Part shown: positions 17,980 to 25,784 of the stretch, in pieces
Numbering within the stretch: the stretch's first letter is position 1
Layout: every line of letters begins with the position of its first letter
Virus record (IMG/VR): IMGVR_UViG_3300045988_126367
Reading direction: 5' to 3' (one strand)
Origin: a virus
DNA length: 64,000 nucleotides
Program-made: the position numbers and the translations under genes
Notes under the pieces: generated by a model
The model's input: the letters and a program-made list of their open reading frames with translations, nothing else
Database searches by the model: none
What the model was told of the DNA's origin: nothing

Positions 17980-18314
17980 GTCCGTCCTCTCTCCTTCAAA
18001 ATTACATTGCACAACTCTCCGTCGGGCCATCTTTCTTCGCTGGCGTAGTACTTGAGGATCAGGCACTCATAGTAGAAATCGCCCTCCTCTATGACTACGC
18101 CTATTACCCTGTCTCCCAAGCCATCCGGAATGGTTAATGGGACTTTGCCAATTCCAATATCAGCATCATCGGCGCCCTGTGCATCACTGTTCTTGTTGCG
18201 TCTTTCCTGTAAACGCACACCCATCAGAAACCCAAGTCCAAACAGCGCCAATGCCGTCAATATGGCGCGTACAATCGTCAGTGCTTCTCCCATGTTCAGT
18301 TCCTCCTTTACCAT
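17976..18314 (-). CDS. N-terminally anchored membrane protein
   Basis: 112 aa; TM ALTIVRAILTALALFGLGFLMGV; C-terminal similarity to 14336-14692. Confidence 0.5.
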   Translation of the reverse strand: MVKEELNMGEALTIVRAILTALALFGLGFLMGVRLQERRNKNSDAQGADDADIGIGKVPLTIPDGLGDRVIGVVIEEGDFYYECLILKYYASEERWPDGELCNVILKERGRT

Positions 18315-18703
18315 CTCTCCACCTTTGTCAGTATCGGTGCAATTTTTATATCTTTAAGGAGATTTTGCTTTACAGCCGGTATCAGCCAATCGCTCCCGCA
18401 CACATAGCACTTGATGAACTTCATTCTTCCGTGGTCGCAGGAAAGCTCAAGGCAGTGTTCGCTGCACCGGCAGGACTGACCCGTACCATAGAACGTCCAT
18501 AGCTGTCCCGCGCCACCGTTTCCGCGTTGGCCGGCACCAGCGCCGCCATCTCCAGCCTGTGGTGTGTAGGACGCAGGGGATGGCCCATTACCCCTCTTTG
18601 ACTCCTGAAAACTGTCATCCCAAAGGAATTTGAAGCACAGAAATAATGCGTATAGCCATGGTGCCGAAAACAACACGTTCATAATCCAAAAGCCTACATC
18701 CAT
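18308..18703 (-). CDS. TM plus Gly-rich / Cys-His protein with KCYVCGxDW motif
   Basis: start MDVGFWIMNV after GGAGGAG; GDGGAGAGQRGNGGAG tract then C.C..HC...C.H...KCYVCGSDW. Confidence 0.5.
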   Translation of the reverse strand: MDVGFWIMNVLFSAPWLYALFLCFKFLWDDSFQESKRGNGPSPASYTPQAGDGGAGAGQRGNGGAGQLWTFYGTGQSCRCSEHCLELSCDHGRMKFIKCYVCGSDWLIPAVKQNLLKDIKIAPILTKVERW

Positions 18704-18707
18704 GCCC

Positions 18708-19136
18708 TCACTCCTCCATAAACCATATCCCGACAGGGTGCAGGAAGTCACCACACACAATGTTCCGCTCCAAAATGTCTCGAACATTTACATCAGGAAA
18801 TTTTTCGGCCACCAATGTTGCCACACGGTTTCTGCACTCAAGCACATTGTCCTCCTGTATCTCGATGGTGTAGTACGATGCCACAGCAGTGCGGACATCC
18901 TTCAGCGTCTTGCACTTCACCAGCTTTCTGCCGATGATCTCCACAGCAAAGTTCCCAGTGCCACAGCACGGCTCAAGGAACGTTTTTTCAATGTCGAAGG
19001 CGTGTCCATCGTTTTCGGCATCCAACATGTCGCACATCTTTTTGACCATCCATGCGGGGGTAAAGACCTCACCGAACTTCTTAACGCGCTCCTTGCTCTT
19101 TTGCAGAGGCTCTTTCTTCGTACCTTTCGCAGCCAT
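18708..19136 (-). CDS. truncated-looking N6 DNA methyltransferase N-terminal module (no NPPY/F motif seen)
   Basis: GEVFTPAWMV and LEPCCGTGNF (motif X/I of Eco57I/TaqI-like MTases) but only 142 aa; GGGAGGTGG RBS. Confidence 0.55.
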   Translation of the reverse strand: MAAKGTKKEPLQKSKERVKKFGEVFTPAWMVKKMCDMLDAENDGHAFDIEKTFLEPCCGTGNFAVEIIGRKLVKCKTLKDVRTAVASYYTIEIQEDNVLECRNRVATLVAEKFPDVNVRDILERNIVCGDFLHPVGIWFMEE

Positions 19137-19605
19137 ATTCCACCTCCCAGCGTTTCAGGTATTCCGCCCTGTTCTCCACGCACTTCCTGTATGTTGCGAT
19201 GGCAGAGGGAGTGTCGATTCTCACCCACCCGACCATGCGCGGTCCCTTTGCCTTACGGCCCATCCAGGCCGCACGACACGTCTGTGCATAGCACTTGGCG
19301 CAGGTGCGCTTTCCAGCAATATGAGGTGCTCCGCCGCACTTGGCACACAGGCCGTTTGCGTAATACTCTGATTTGGGGATATCCCGCTTCTGCCATATCC
19401 GCTTTTTTTGCGCTTCAATGCGGATGACGGGCGGATGGCCATGCTTTCTTTCAAAACAGTCTTGACACAGCGCCCCGCCGCCAATCGTCAGCGCATCCTC
19501 ATTGCCGCACTCTGTGCAGACATGGTGTGCTCGAAGCCACGCCCTCCGCTCGCGCATATACTCGCGGTGATACGCCCTTTTGTCCTCAATGTTTTTATAG
19601 GCCAT
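19081..19605 (-). CDS. Cys-rich (multi CxxC) protein
   Basis: start MAYKNIEDKRAYHREY after GAGGTG; CTECG, CQDC, CAKCG, CAKC motifs. Confidence 0.5.
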   Translation of the reverse strand: MAYKNIEDKRAYHREYMRERRAWLRAHHVCTECGNEDALTIGGGALCQDCFERKHGHPPVIRIEAQKKRIWQKRDIPKSEYYANGLCAKCGGAPHIAGKRTCAKCYAQTCRAAWMGRKAKGPRMVGWVRIDTPSAIATYRKCVENRAEYLKRWEVEYGCERYEERASAKEQGAR

Positions 19606-19613
19606 GACGCACC

Positions 19614-19916
19614 TCAAAAGCAGAACTCAAGGTAAGACCGGAGATTGGCCTTTGCCCTGCTGATCGTCCGACTCGCCACAGACTTGTCAATCCCATGCCG
19701 CACCGCGATTTCAGTCACCGTCAACCCCTCCGAATAGCGCTCCAATAAGTAGGTCCGCTGCGTGTCTGTCAATTTCGACAGCGCAAGAGGGAGCTTTCTT
19801 TTCAAGCGCAACAGGACTTCTTGATTGTCCTCCCCGTTTTCCTCCCTGTACCTTTGAAGCGACATAAGGACGTCCTGGCATGTATTTTGTAGCCTGGTAG
19901 GCTCGAAATTCTTCAT
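19614..19916 (-). CDS. sigma-70 region-4-like HTH transcription regulator (candidate late activator)
   Basis: LTDTQRTYLLERYSEGLTVTEIAVRHGIDKSVASRTISRAKANLRSYL. Confidence 0.6.
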   Translation of the reverse strand: MKNFEPTRLQNTCQDVLMSLQRYREENGEDNQEVLLRLKRKLPLALSKLTDTQRTYLLERYSEGLTVTEIAVRHGIDKSVASRTISRAKANLRSYLEFCF

Positions 19917-20217
19917 CCAGCCAATACCCCCTTTCGTAATACATCCGGCAGGCGCGTTCCAGACGCCGCAGCTCCCCGCGCACCTGCTTTAGTTTGTTCA
20001 ACACACTCATATCGGAAGATCCTGTTCCACCAGCTATGGCAGCTTCCAACTCCTTGATCCGCCTGTCAATGAGCATTGCACTCTCTGCGTACTGCTCCGC
20101 AATCTCTACCAACAGCATCTCAGCCACCACCGCCTTTCGTGAGGAAATGTGCCCTTTATAGGATTTTGCTACCCGTGTCAAGAACCTTTCCTTGAAAATC
20201 TCAAATTCTGGCCGCAT
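19711..20217 (-). CDS. hypothetical coiled-coil protein; 3' about 200 nt overlaps 19614-19916 out of frame
   Basis: plausible sequence to ...RACRMYYERGYWLDEEF, then low-quality readthrough; start (ATG 20217 or GTG 20244) uncertain. Confidence 0.35.
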   Translation of the reverse strand: MRPEFEIFKERFLTRVAKSYKGHISSRKAVVAEMLLVEIAEQYAESAMLIDRRIKELEAAIAGGTGSSDMSVLNKLKQVRGELRRLERACRMYYERGYWLDEEFRAYQATKYMPGRPYVASKVQGGKRGGQSRSPVALEKKAPSCAVEIDRHAADLLIGALFGGVDGD

Positions 20218-20397
20218 CTCATCACCAGCCCACCCTTGCTCCACCCTTCACCCACCAACTTGCTGGCAACTTGCCGCCGCCCCGCCACATGCCCTTCACC
20301 TATATGGCGCTTTGCGCCCGACGATATTTTATTTTGGGGCCTCCCCTTTTGGGCAAACGCTTTTTCGCCTTCCATTTCTAAACTACCCCCCACCCGC

Positions 20398-20511
20398 AAT
20401 CTTGCGTCTAACTTGCGTGTAACTTGCGTCCATCTTGGTACTAACTTGGGACTTGGTTCCAATAAGTCATCTTTGGAGTTGGGTATGGGAACATGGAGTT
20501 AGGAACATGGG
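20398..20511 (+). repeat. two sets of tandem direct repeats in a gene-free region
   Basis: about 5 x 11-nt (T)AACTTGCGTN/AACTTGGGAC units (20398-20456), then 2 x GGAGTTRGG..GGAACATGG (20475-20511). Confidence 0.6.
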
Positions 20512-21455
20512 GACGGGGGGAAGAGTTACCTACTGGGTACGCCAAATTTCCGCCCTCGGAATTGCAAACCACCCCCTCCCCGCCCCCGCGGAGCCGCCGC
20601 CCCGCCGACGCCCCGCCGACGTTCTTGCAAGTTCTCCCGTCATTCTGCCGCCACTCCGTTTCGATAACATCCGTTATCACAACCGACGCCCCCGATTCCT
20701 GCAAGATTCCCTGCATTTCCGCCCTCTCCCCCCGTTCCGCCGCCCGTCTCCGACGCTCCGCCCCTCTCCGCCTGCCGCCTGCGCGTCCGGATGGCGAGAC
20801 GGAGCCGCCCCCGCTCTCCGCCCTCACCGCCTGAACATGCCCGCCGCGGTGACTCCTCTCCCTTCCCCTCGCCCTGGCTCTCCTCTGGTCTCCGCTGCCG
20901 GTGGCTGGTCTGGAGCGCCGACGCCCTCACAAGCTGAGGCCCTGCCCTTCGATCTGTCTTCTTCTGGCTCTCCCCTTGATGGCGTTTTACAAGAGAATAT
21001 TCTACTCATCACAACCGCGCGGGGAATAAACGCGCGCGCACGCGTAAGGGCCTGCCGTTGGTCTTCCCCGTCTCTTTGCCATTTTAACGGCTGCTGGTGC
21101 TGTTTTTCTTTGGGGGTCTGTGTTCCTGTACTCCCCCGACGCTTGGTGGGGCTTCTGGGGCTTCCTGTGGCGTTTCTGCGCTTCCGGCGTATTTCTGAGG
21201 GCATACCGCGCAGGCGGGAAAGCCTGCCGGATGCCCTGACGATCTGCGGGGCTGGCGGGGCTTCCCGGCTGCCATTGGCGGCCATTGGTGGCGGCCTGGG
21301 GCGAAAAATCCACACAAAAAAAGAAAGAGCGCCGGCGGTTTCCGGTGCCCTCTCTGGCTCGTATGAAATATGTCAGGCGGTGAACCACCTGCCGCGCCCT
21401 TCCGGGGCGATATTGTACCGCTTTTCTCCGCTGTTGCTCATATCCTCGCCCCCTC

Positions 21456-22001
21456 TCACGCCGTCCGGCCCTGCTGGGCCTCCATCAGGTCGAAAAGCCG
21501 CGCCTTTAACCTCATGACCTCGGCGGCCAGCTTCCGGGTCTCTGCTTCCATGTCCTCGGCGTGCTGCAATGCGTTCTCGACGCTCTGGGCCAGGTCGTCG
21601 CACTCGGCTTCCTTGTCCGCCAGGGCTTCGCGGGCGTCCTCAAGCTCCCCTTGTGCCAGGGCGTTGGCCTCGTCGGCCTTCCGGGCGGCGGCCTCGGCTT
21701 CCTTCCGCTTCTGGATCTCGCGGGCCAGGGCTTCCGCCTGTTCCGCCTGCTGGTGCTCGGCCCTCAGCGCCTCGGAATTGATGCTGATCCGCTGGCTGCT
21801 GCCGTCGTCATAGTTGATCTCTAATCCGGTGCCCAGATCGCAGATATACGCCCGGCTGTCCTCGCTGGTGGCGCGGTAAATGGGATATCCTGCCCGCTCG
21901 CTGCTGTTGTCGTCGCGGATGTAGTCGCCGGGGAAAAGCTCGTCTACGATGGCCCAGGCGTGGGCGGTGCTCCATGCGGTCTTGCTCTCGTGCTTCTTCA
22001 T
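21456..22001 (-). CDS. hypothetical protein with long C-terminal coiled coil
   Basis: start at MKKHESKTAWST; EAL/AEA heptad-rich C-terminus. Confidence 0.55.
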   Translation of the reverse strand: MKKHESKTAWSTAHAWAIVDELFPGDYIRDDNSSERAGYPIYRATSEDSRAYICDLGTGLEINYDDGSSQRISINSEALRAEHQQAEQAEALAREIQKRKEAEAAARKADEANALAQGELEDAREALADKEAECDDLAQSVENALQHAEDMEAETRKLAAEVMRLKARLFDLMEAQQGRTA

Positions 22002-22062
22002 GTTCTGTTCTCCTTTCGTGCCCTCGCGGGCCTGTCGTGGTTGATCTTTTATACTCAGTATT

Positions 22063-22085
22063 ATACACGGTTTAACCGTATAAAT
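22063..22085. promoter_or_regulatory. operator-like near-palindrome containing CGGTTTAACCGTATA
   Basis: same motif as three copies at 22719-22810; lies upstream of 21456-22001. Confidence 0.5.
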
Positions 22086-22123
22086 CAACCGTCAAAACGC
22101 CGAAACGAGTCGTCATTTTATAC

Positions 22124-22168
22124 AAAAAACAGCAACGGCGAAAAATCGCCGTTGCTGTTCTCTTTTTT
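22124..22168. terminator. bidirectional intrinsic terminator
   Basis: AAAAAACAGCAACGGCG-AAAAAT-CGCCGTTGCTGTTCTCTTTTTT. Confidence 0.6.
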
Positions 22169-22197
22169 CCTGTGCCTGCCGGTGCAGGCGCTGCCGG

Positions 22198-22440
22198 TCA
22201 TTCCCCCGGCTGCTTCTGATCGTCCCCGCCTGCCGTCTCGCTCTCGCCCAGGCTGTCCAGCACAAAAGACTTAATTTCCGCGTTGACGGTGGTACCCCTG
22301 GCCGCGCAGTGGGCCTTGTACCGCTCCGCCGTCTCCCGATCCACCTTGCAGCCAATTACCGTACGGTTGGCATAGTCCCATTTGTTGTTTGCCCGCCGCT
22401 GGGCATCGGTGCGCGTGGCGCTGGTCTTAGGCTTTGGCAT
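22198..22440 (-). CDS. putative ribbon-helix-helix-type DNA-binding protein
   Basis: start MPKPKTSATRTD; RTVIGCKVDRETAERYKAHCAARGTTVNAEIKSFV resembles RHH beta-alpha-alpha. Confidence 0.4.
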   Translation of the reverse strand: MPKPKTSATRTDAQRRANNKWDYANRTVIGCKVDRETAERYKAHCAARGTTVNAEIKSFVLDSLGESETAGGDDQKQPGE

Positions 22441-22454
22441 GTGCTCCGCCCTCC

Positions 22455-22661
22455 TCAGACGCCGACGCGGACATATTTTCCGCCGTCCTCCGGCGTCCAC
22501 TTGACGCGGGAGATCACGCGCCCCGTCGTCATGGTCTCGATCTGGACGACCTCGCCGCCCTCGCAGCGTCCCAGGTCCGCCGCCGCCTTCATGGCGGATC
22601 GCGTCTTGACGTCATATTCGCGGCCGTTGCTGCTGTTGCTCCAAATAACACACTTGTACAT
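22455..22661 (-). CDS. hypothetical protein
   Basis: 68-aa ORF, first gene leftward of the divergent control region. Confidence 0.45.
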   Translation of the reverse strand: MYKCVIWSNSSNGREYDVKTRSAMKAAADLGRCEGGEVVQIETMTTGRVISRVKWTPEDGGKYVRVGV

Positions 22662-22718
22662 CTGTGTATCCCTCCTGTCTTTTGATGTCTCCCATTATAC
22701 ACCCGCCCCCGTCATCCG

Positions 22719-22810
22719 TCAACGGTTTAACCATATACAAAATTGCCAAAAATCCGGTTTAACCTTGTACACTTTGCCACTTGTTTGTGCGGTTTAACCG
22801 TGTATAATAA
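22719..22810. promoter_or_regulatory. divergent control region: 3 copies of CGGTTTAACC(N)TRTAYA plus TATAAT box
   Basis: motif cores at 22723-22732, 22755-22764, 22790-22799; TATAAT at 22803-22808 overlaps the last copy. Confidence 0.55.
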
Positions 22811-22854
22811 GAATTACAAAATCAACCACGACAAAAAATTGCAGGAGGCACACC

Positions 22855-23298
22855 ATGAAAAATCTGATCCAATTTGAGGACATCCACACCGGCGGCGCGT
22901 ATATCGCCGTTGCCGCTACGGGGGAACTGTTCCGCGCCACTTACAGCGAGACGCATAAAAACATGTTTTTCGCCATCCCGTCAATGTACCAGATCGCGGG
23001 CTACCGTCCCGCCGCCCTGGCCGAGGGCGACCGCGTCCGCGTCCACCTCTACGACACCGCAGGCCGCGAGATCATCACCCGCCACTTTGGCGACGTGTTC
23101 ACCGTCCGCCGCGAAAATTCCGCCCTGGGCATCGACTGGAACACCGAGCGCAGCCCGTACACCTGCCGCGGTGAAATCTTCGCCCCGTTTTCCACCTTTG
23201 CCCCGTCCGTGATCTTTGAGCAGGTCGGCACCGGCTACCGCTTTTATTGGGATAATATCGCCGACGCCCTGACCCGGAAGGAGGCCGCCACATGCTGA
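22855..23298 (+). CDS. hypothetical protein
   Basis: 147-aa ORF after GCAGGAGG RBS. Confidence 0.55.
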   Translation: MKNLIQFEDIHTGGAYIAVAATGELFRATYSETHKNMFFAIPSMYQIAGYRPAALAEGDRVRVHLYDTAGREIITRHFGDVFTVRRENSALGIDWNTERSPYTCRGEIFAPFSTFAPSVIFEQVGTGYRFYWDNIADALTRKEAATC

Positions 23299-23390
23299 CC
23301 GCTTTCTATTACCTCGTCATTCTCACCGGCGCGGCCACTCTGGCCCGCCTGGTGCTGGCCCTGGTGGATCGCATCGAGCGCCGCCGCTGA
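23292..23390 (+). CDS. tiny hydrophobic peptide (32 aa)
   Basis: hand-translated MLTAFYYLVILTGAATLARLVLALVDRIERRR; overlaps upstream stop. Confidence 0.25.
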   Translation: MLTAFYYLVILTGAATLARLVLALVDRIERRR

Positions 23391-23441
23391 TCTTCCCCAA
23401 AATCTACACAAAATTTCATCTTTTCAAAGGAGATTTCAAAA

Positions 23442-24692
23442 ATGACTACTTCCATCAAGTTTTTCTACAACGGAATCAAGCTCAACGGCGAAAATAAGTT
23501 GATCCGCTGCTTCTACTCCCTGGATAATTCCATTTCCCAGCCCGGCCCCAGCGTTTCCATCAGCGCCCGCGATTATGACGATCTCCCCGGGGACCTGTTC
23601 GACGTCCGCAACGACTCCGACCCCTACACGGATTATTTCGACACCGACCGCGCCACCCTGACCCCGGCCCATCCTCTGTACCCTTACGCCCGCGCCGCCG
23701 CCCTGAAGGCTGCCATGCGGGGCGAGCCGGAATATATCGCCAAGCTGGAGCAGGCGGAACAGGACGCCAAGACCCCCGGCCGCTACCATTGGCGCAGCGC
23801 GGACGCCATCCGCGCCGAGATCAACCGCCGCCGCGAAAAGCTGGCCGCCATGGAGCAGGAGCTGCAGCGCCTGCCCAAGGGCCACCCCACCGCCGCCGAC
23901 GTGGAAGCCGTCCACGATATGAACACCGCCGCCGAGACGGCCCGCCGCGCCCGTGAACATGCGGAGCAGCTGGAACGCCGGGAAAAGGCCATCCGCACCC
24001 GCAACGAAAACCGCGCCTTTATTGCCGAGATCGCCGCCGCCCACCCCATCACCGACGGCGCCCCGGTGGTCACGGTGGACTGGAGCGAAAATGCCGCCTT
24101 TGAGGACGGGGAGAGATTCTCCGTCGCCGCCGCCGAGATCATTTTTAAAACGCTGGATGAGAAGATCCACGCCGACCCGGAAAGGGGCTATGACAAGACC
24201 AGTTTCACCATTGACTACACTAACCAGGACGGCGAGGCGGACACCTACAAAGGCCGCTATGACCTGGGTGACAATGACGGCGGTCTGATTGCCCACATTC
24301 GGAATTATGGCAAATTCTACATGGAAAAGGGCCGTTTCGGCACCGGTCCCACCGACGAGGATCGCAAAATGGGCGCGGACATCGTGGCCGTGGCCGACCT
24401 TCTGGACGGCTACACCCACAAGCCCCGCGTGATCTCCGTTACCCCGGCCCCGTGGCTGGCGGAGTACCAGCGCCAGAAGGCGGAGCAGAAACAACAAAAA
24501 CTTGCCGAGATCCGCGACATCATGGACGCCGTGGAAATGCTCACCGATGAGCAGGTGGAAAGCGTGATCTTTGCCATCTCTCCGCACGACAAAGAAAAAT
24601 TGGACGTGGCCCGCTTCTTTCTTCAGGAACTGCGCCGCCGGGACGAGGCCCACGCGCTGGACGTGTTCCGCCGCTGGAAAGCCGGCGCGTGA
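23442..24692 (+). CDS. hypothetical protein (416 aa)
   Basis: AAAGGAG RBS; protein-like composition, whereas the antisense 446-aa ORF is Gly/Val/Arg-rich junk. Confidence 0.65.
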   Translation: MTTSIKFFYNGIKLNGENKLIRCFYSLDNSISQPGPSVSISARDYDDLPGDLFDVRNDSDPYTDYFDTDRATLTPAHPLYPYARAAALKAAMRGEPEYIAKLEQAEQDAKTPGRYHWRSADAIRAEINRRREKLAAMEQELQRLPKGHPTAADVEAVHDMNTAAETARRAREHAEQLERREKAIRTRNENRAFIAEIAAAHPITDGAPVVTVDWSENAAFEDGERFSVAAAEIIFKTLDEKIHADPERGYDKTSFTIDYTNQDGEADTYKGRYDLGDNDGGLIAHIRNYGKFYMEKGRFGTGPTDEDRKMGADIVAVADLLDGYTHKPRVISVTPAPWLAEYQRQKAEQKQQKLAEIRDIMDAVEMLTDEQVESVIFAISPHDKEKLDVARFFLQELRRRDEAHALDVFRRWKAGA

Positions 24693-24768
24693 CCTGCGCC
24701 CCACCCCGCCACCAAAAACACACACTCGACCAGGGGCGGCCCAGCGCCGCCCCGGAAAGGAAACGAAA

Positions 24769-25077
24769 ATGACCACTTACACCGAACGCCGACTTTTAGA
24801 CTACAACGCCGGAATCTGGGCCGATCCCATCGTCTGGACCTTCGCCGCCGACGGCCCCGACCGCCTGACCGTCAAGCGCGACGGCGTGGCAAAATCTGTC
24901 CGCGTGGAGAACTGCGGCGAATTTGCCTATAAGCTGCAAAAATCCCGCATCCTGGCCCAAGGCGGAGCGCCCGGGCTCTGCGCCACCCTGACCGGCTGGG
25001 CAAATGAAAACTTCTGCTTGTCCCTGCTCAACAAGATCTTGCACCATGCGTTTGACGTGTGCCGCCCGGCCCGCTGA
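24769..25077 (+). CDS. hypothetical protein
   Basis: start MTTYTERRLLDYNAG after GGAAAGGAAAC. Confidence 0.5.
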   Translation: MTTYTERRLLDYNAGIWADPIVWTFAADGPDRLTVKRDGVAKSVRVENCGEFAYKLQKSRILAQGGAPGLCATLTGWANENFCLSLLNKILHHAFDVCRPAR

Positions 25078-25095
25078 CCGTGAAAACGGCGGCCT

Positions 25096-25189
25096 GCACC
25101 CCAAGGGTACTTGTTTCACTGCGGGGGCAGGCCGCCCTACACACCAACCACCGATAAACCGCCGTAGGGCGGGGTGCCCTCACCCCGCC
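25096..25189. repeat. REP-like hairpin cluster R1
   Basis: inverted long module ending CCCTAC, then GTAG-GGCGGGGTG-CCCT-CACCCCGCC (hairpin 25168-25189). Confidence 0.8.
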
Positions 25190-25213
25190 GCCAGACAGAA
25201 AGGAGCCGCCACC

Positions 25214-25366
25214 ATGCGCCAGACCTTCAAAATATGCACCACCGCCGCCGAGCTGGAACAGTTTACCGCCGATCTCCGCCGACGCCGCCGAAAATATCAT
25301 GTCACCCCCTGGAGCAGCCCCGACCGCCGCGAAACCGGCTTTGTCGTCTGGTACTTCACCCGCTGA
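25214..25366 (+). CDS. small hypothetical protein (50 aa)
   Basis: AGAAAGGAGCC RBS then MRQTFKICTTAAELEQF. Confidence 0.4.
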   Translation: MRQTFKICTTAAELEQFTADLRRRRRKYHVTPWSSPDRRETGFVVWYFTR

Positions 25367-25382
25367 CCGTGAAAATATCCGG

Positions 25383-25460
25383 CGGGCTGTCGAGGACGCC
25401 AGCCCCTACGCACCAGCCACCGAAAGAACGCCGTAGGGGGCGGCGTCCCCGACGCCCCGT
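25383..25460. repeat. REP-like hairpin cluster R2
   Basis: GGGCTGTCGAGGACGCCAGCCCCTAC (inverted) and GTAGGGGGCGGCGTCCCCGACGCCCC. Confidence 0.8.
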
Positions 25461-25492
25461 CAAACCCAACCAAAACTTGAAAGGAGCCGCCC

Positions 25493-25726
25493 ATGCTCAA
25501 CCGCTATCAAGTCGTCACCTGGTCCCGCGATACCGGCGCGGATGAAAAAATGGACTTCACCCGAAAAGCGGACGCCATCCGCCACGCCCGCAGCTTCCGC
25601 AAAATCGAGGACTACGCAGCCGTATACGACGCGGCCACGAAAACAGCCACCGTCATTTTCGGCAATCTCTACACCCCCGTTTTCGCGGACTTTGTGACCG
25701 TCCGCCCACTCCGCCCCGCACATTGA
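25493..25726 (+). CDS. hypothetical protein
   Basis: 77-aa ORF after GAAAGGAGCC. Confidence 0.5.
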   Translation: MLNRYQVVTWSRDTGADEKMDFTRKADAIRHARSFRKIEDYAAVYDAATKTATVIFGNLYTPVFADFVTVRPLRPAH

Positions 25727-25784
25727 CACGGGGCATATGATCACCACGACACACGAAACGAAATCTTGAAGGGAGAAAATCAAA

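Noticed and set aside
20435-21517. 360-aa plus-strand ORF and overlapping minus-strand ORFs in the 20.2-21.5 kb gap
   Set aside because: The sequences are Pro/Arg/Ser-rich and low in complexity, run through tandem DNA repeats and have no RBS. The region is treated as non-coding.
23436-24776. 446-aa minus-strand ORF
   Set aside because: It is an exact antisense shadow of the 23442-24692 plus-strand gene. Composition is Gly/Val/Arg/Ala-rich and low in complexity, there is no RBS, and the plus-strand ORF has a proper RBS and protein-like sequence.
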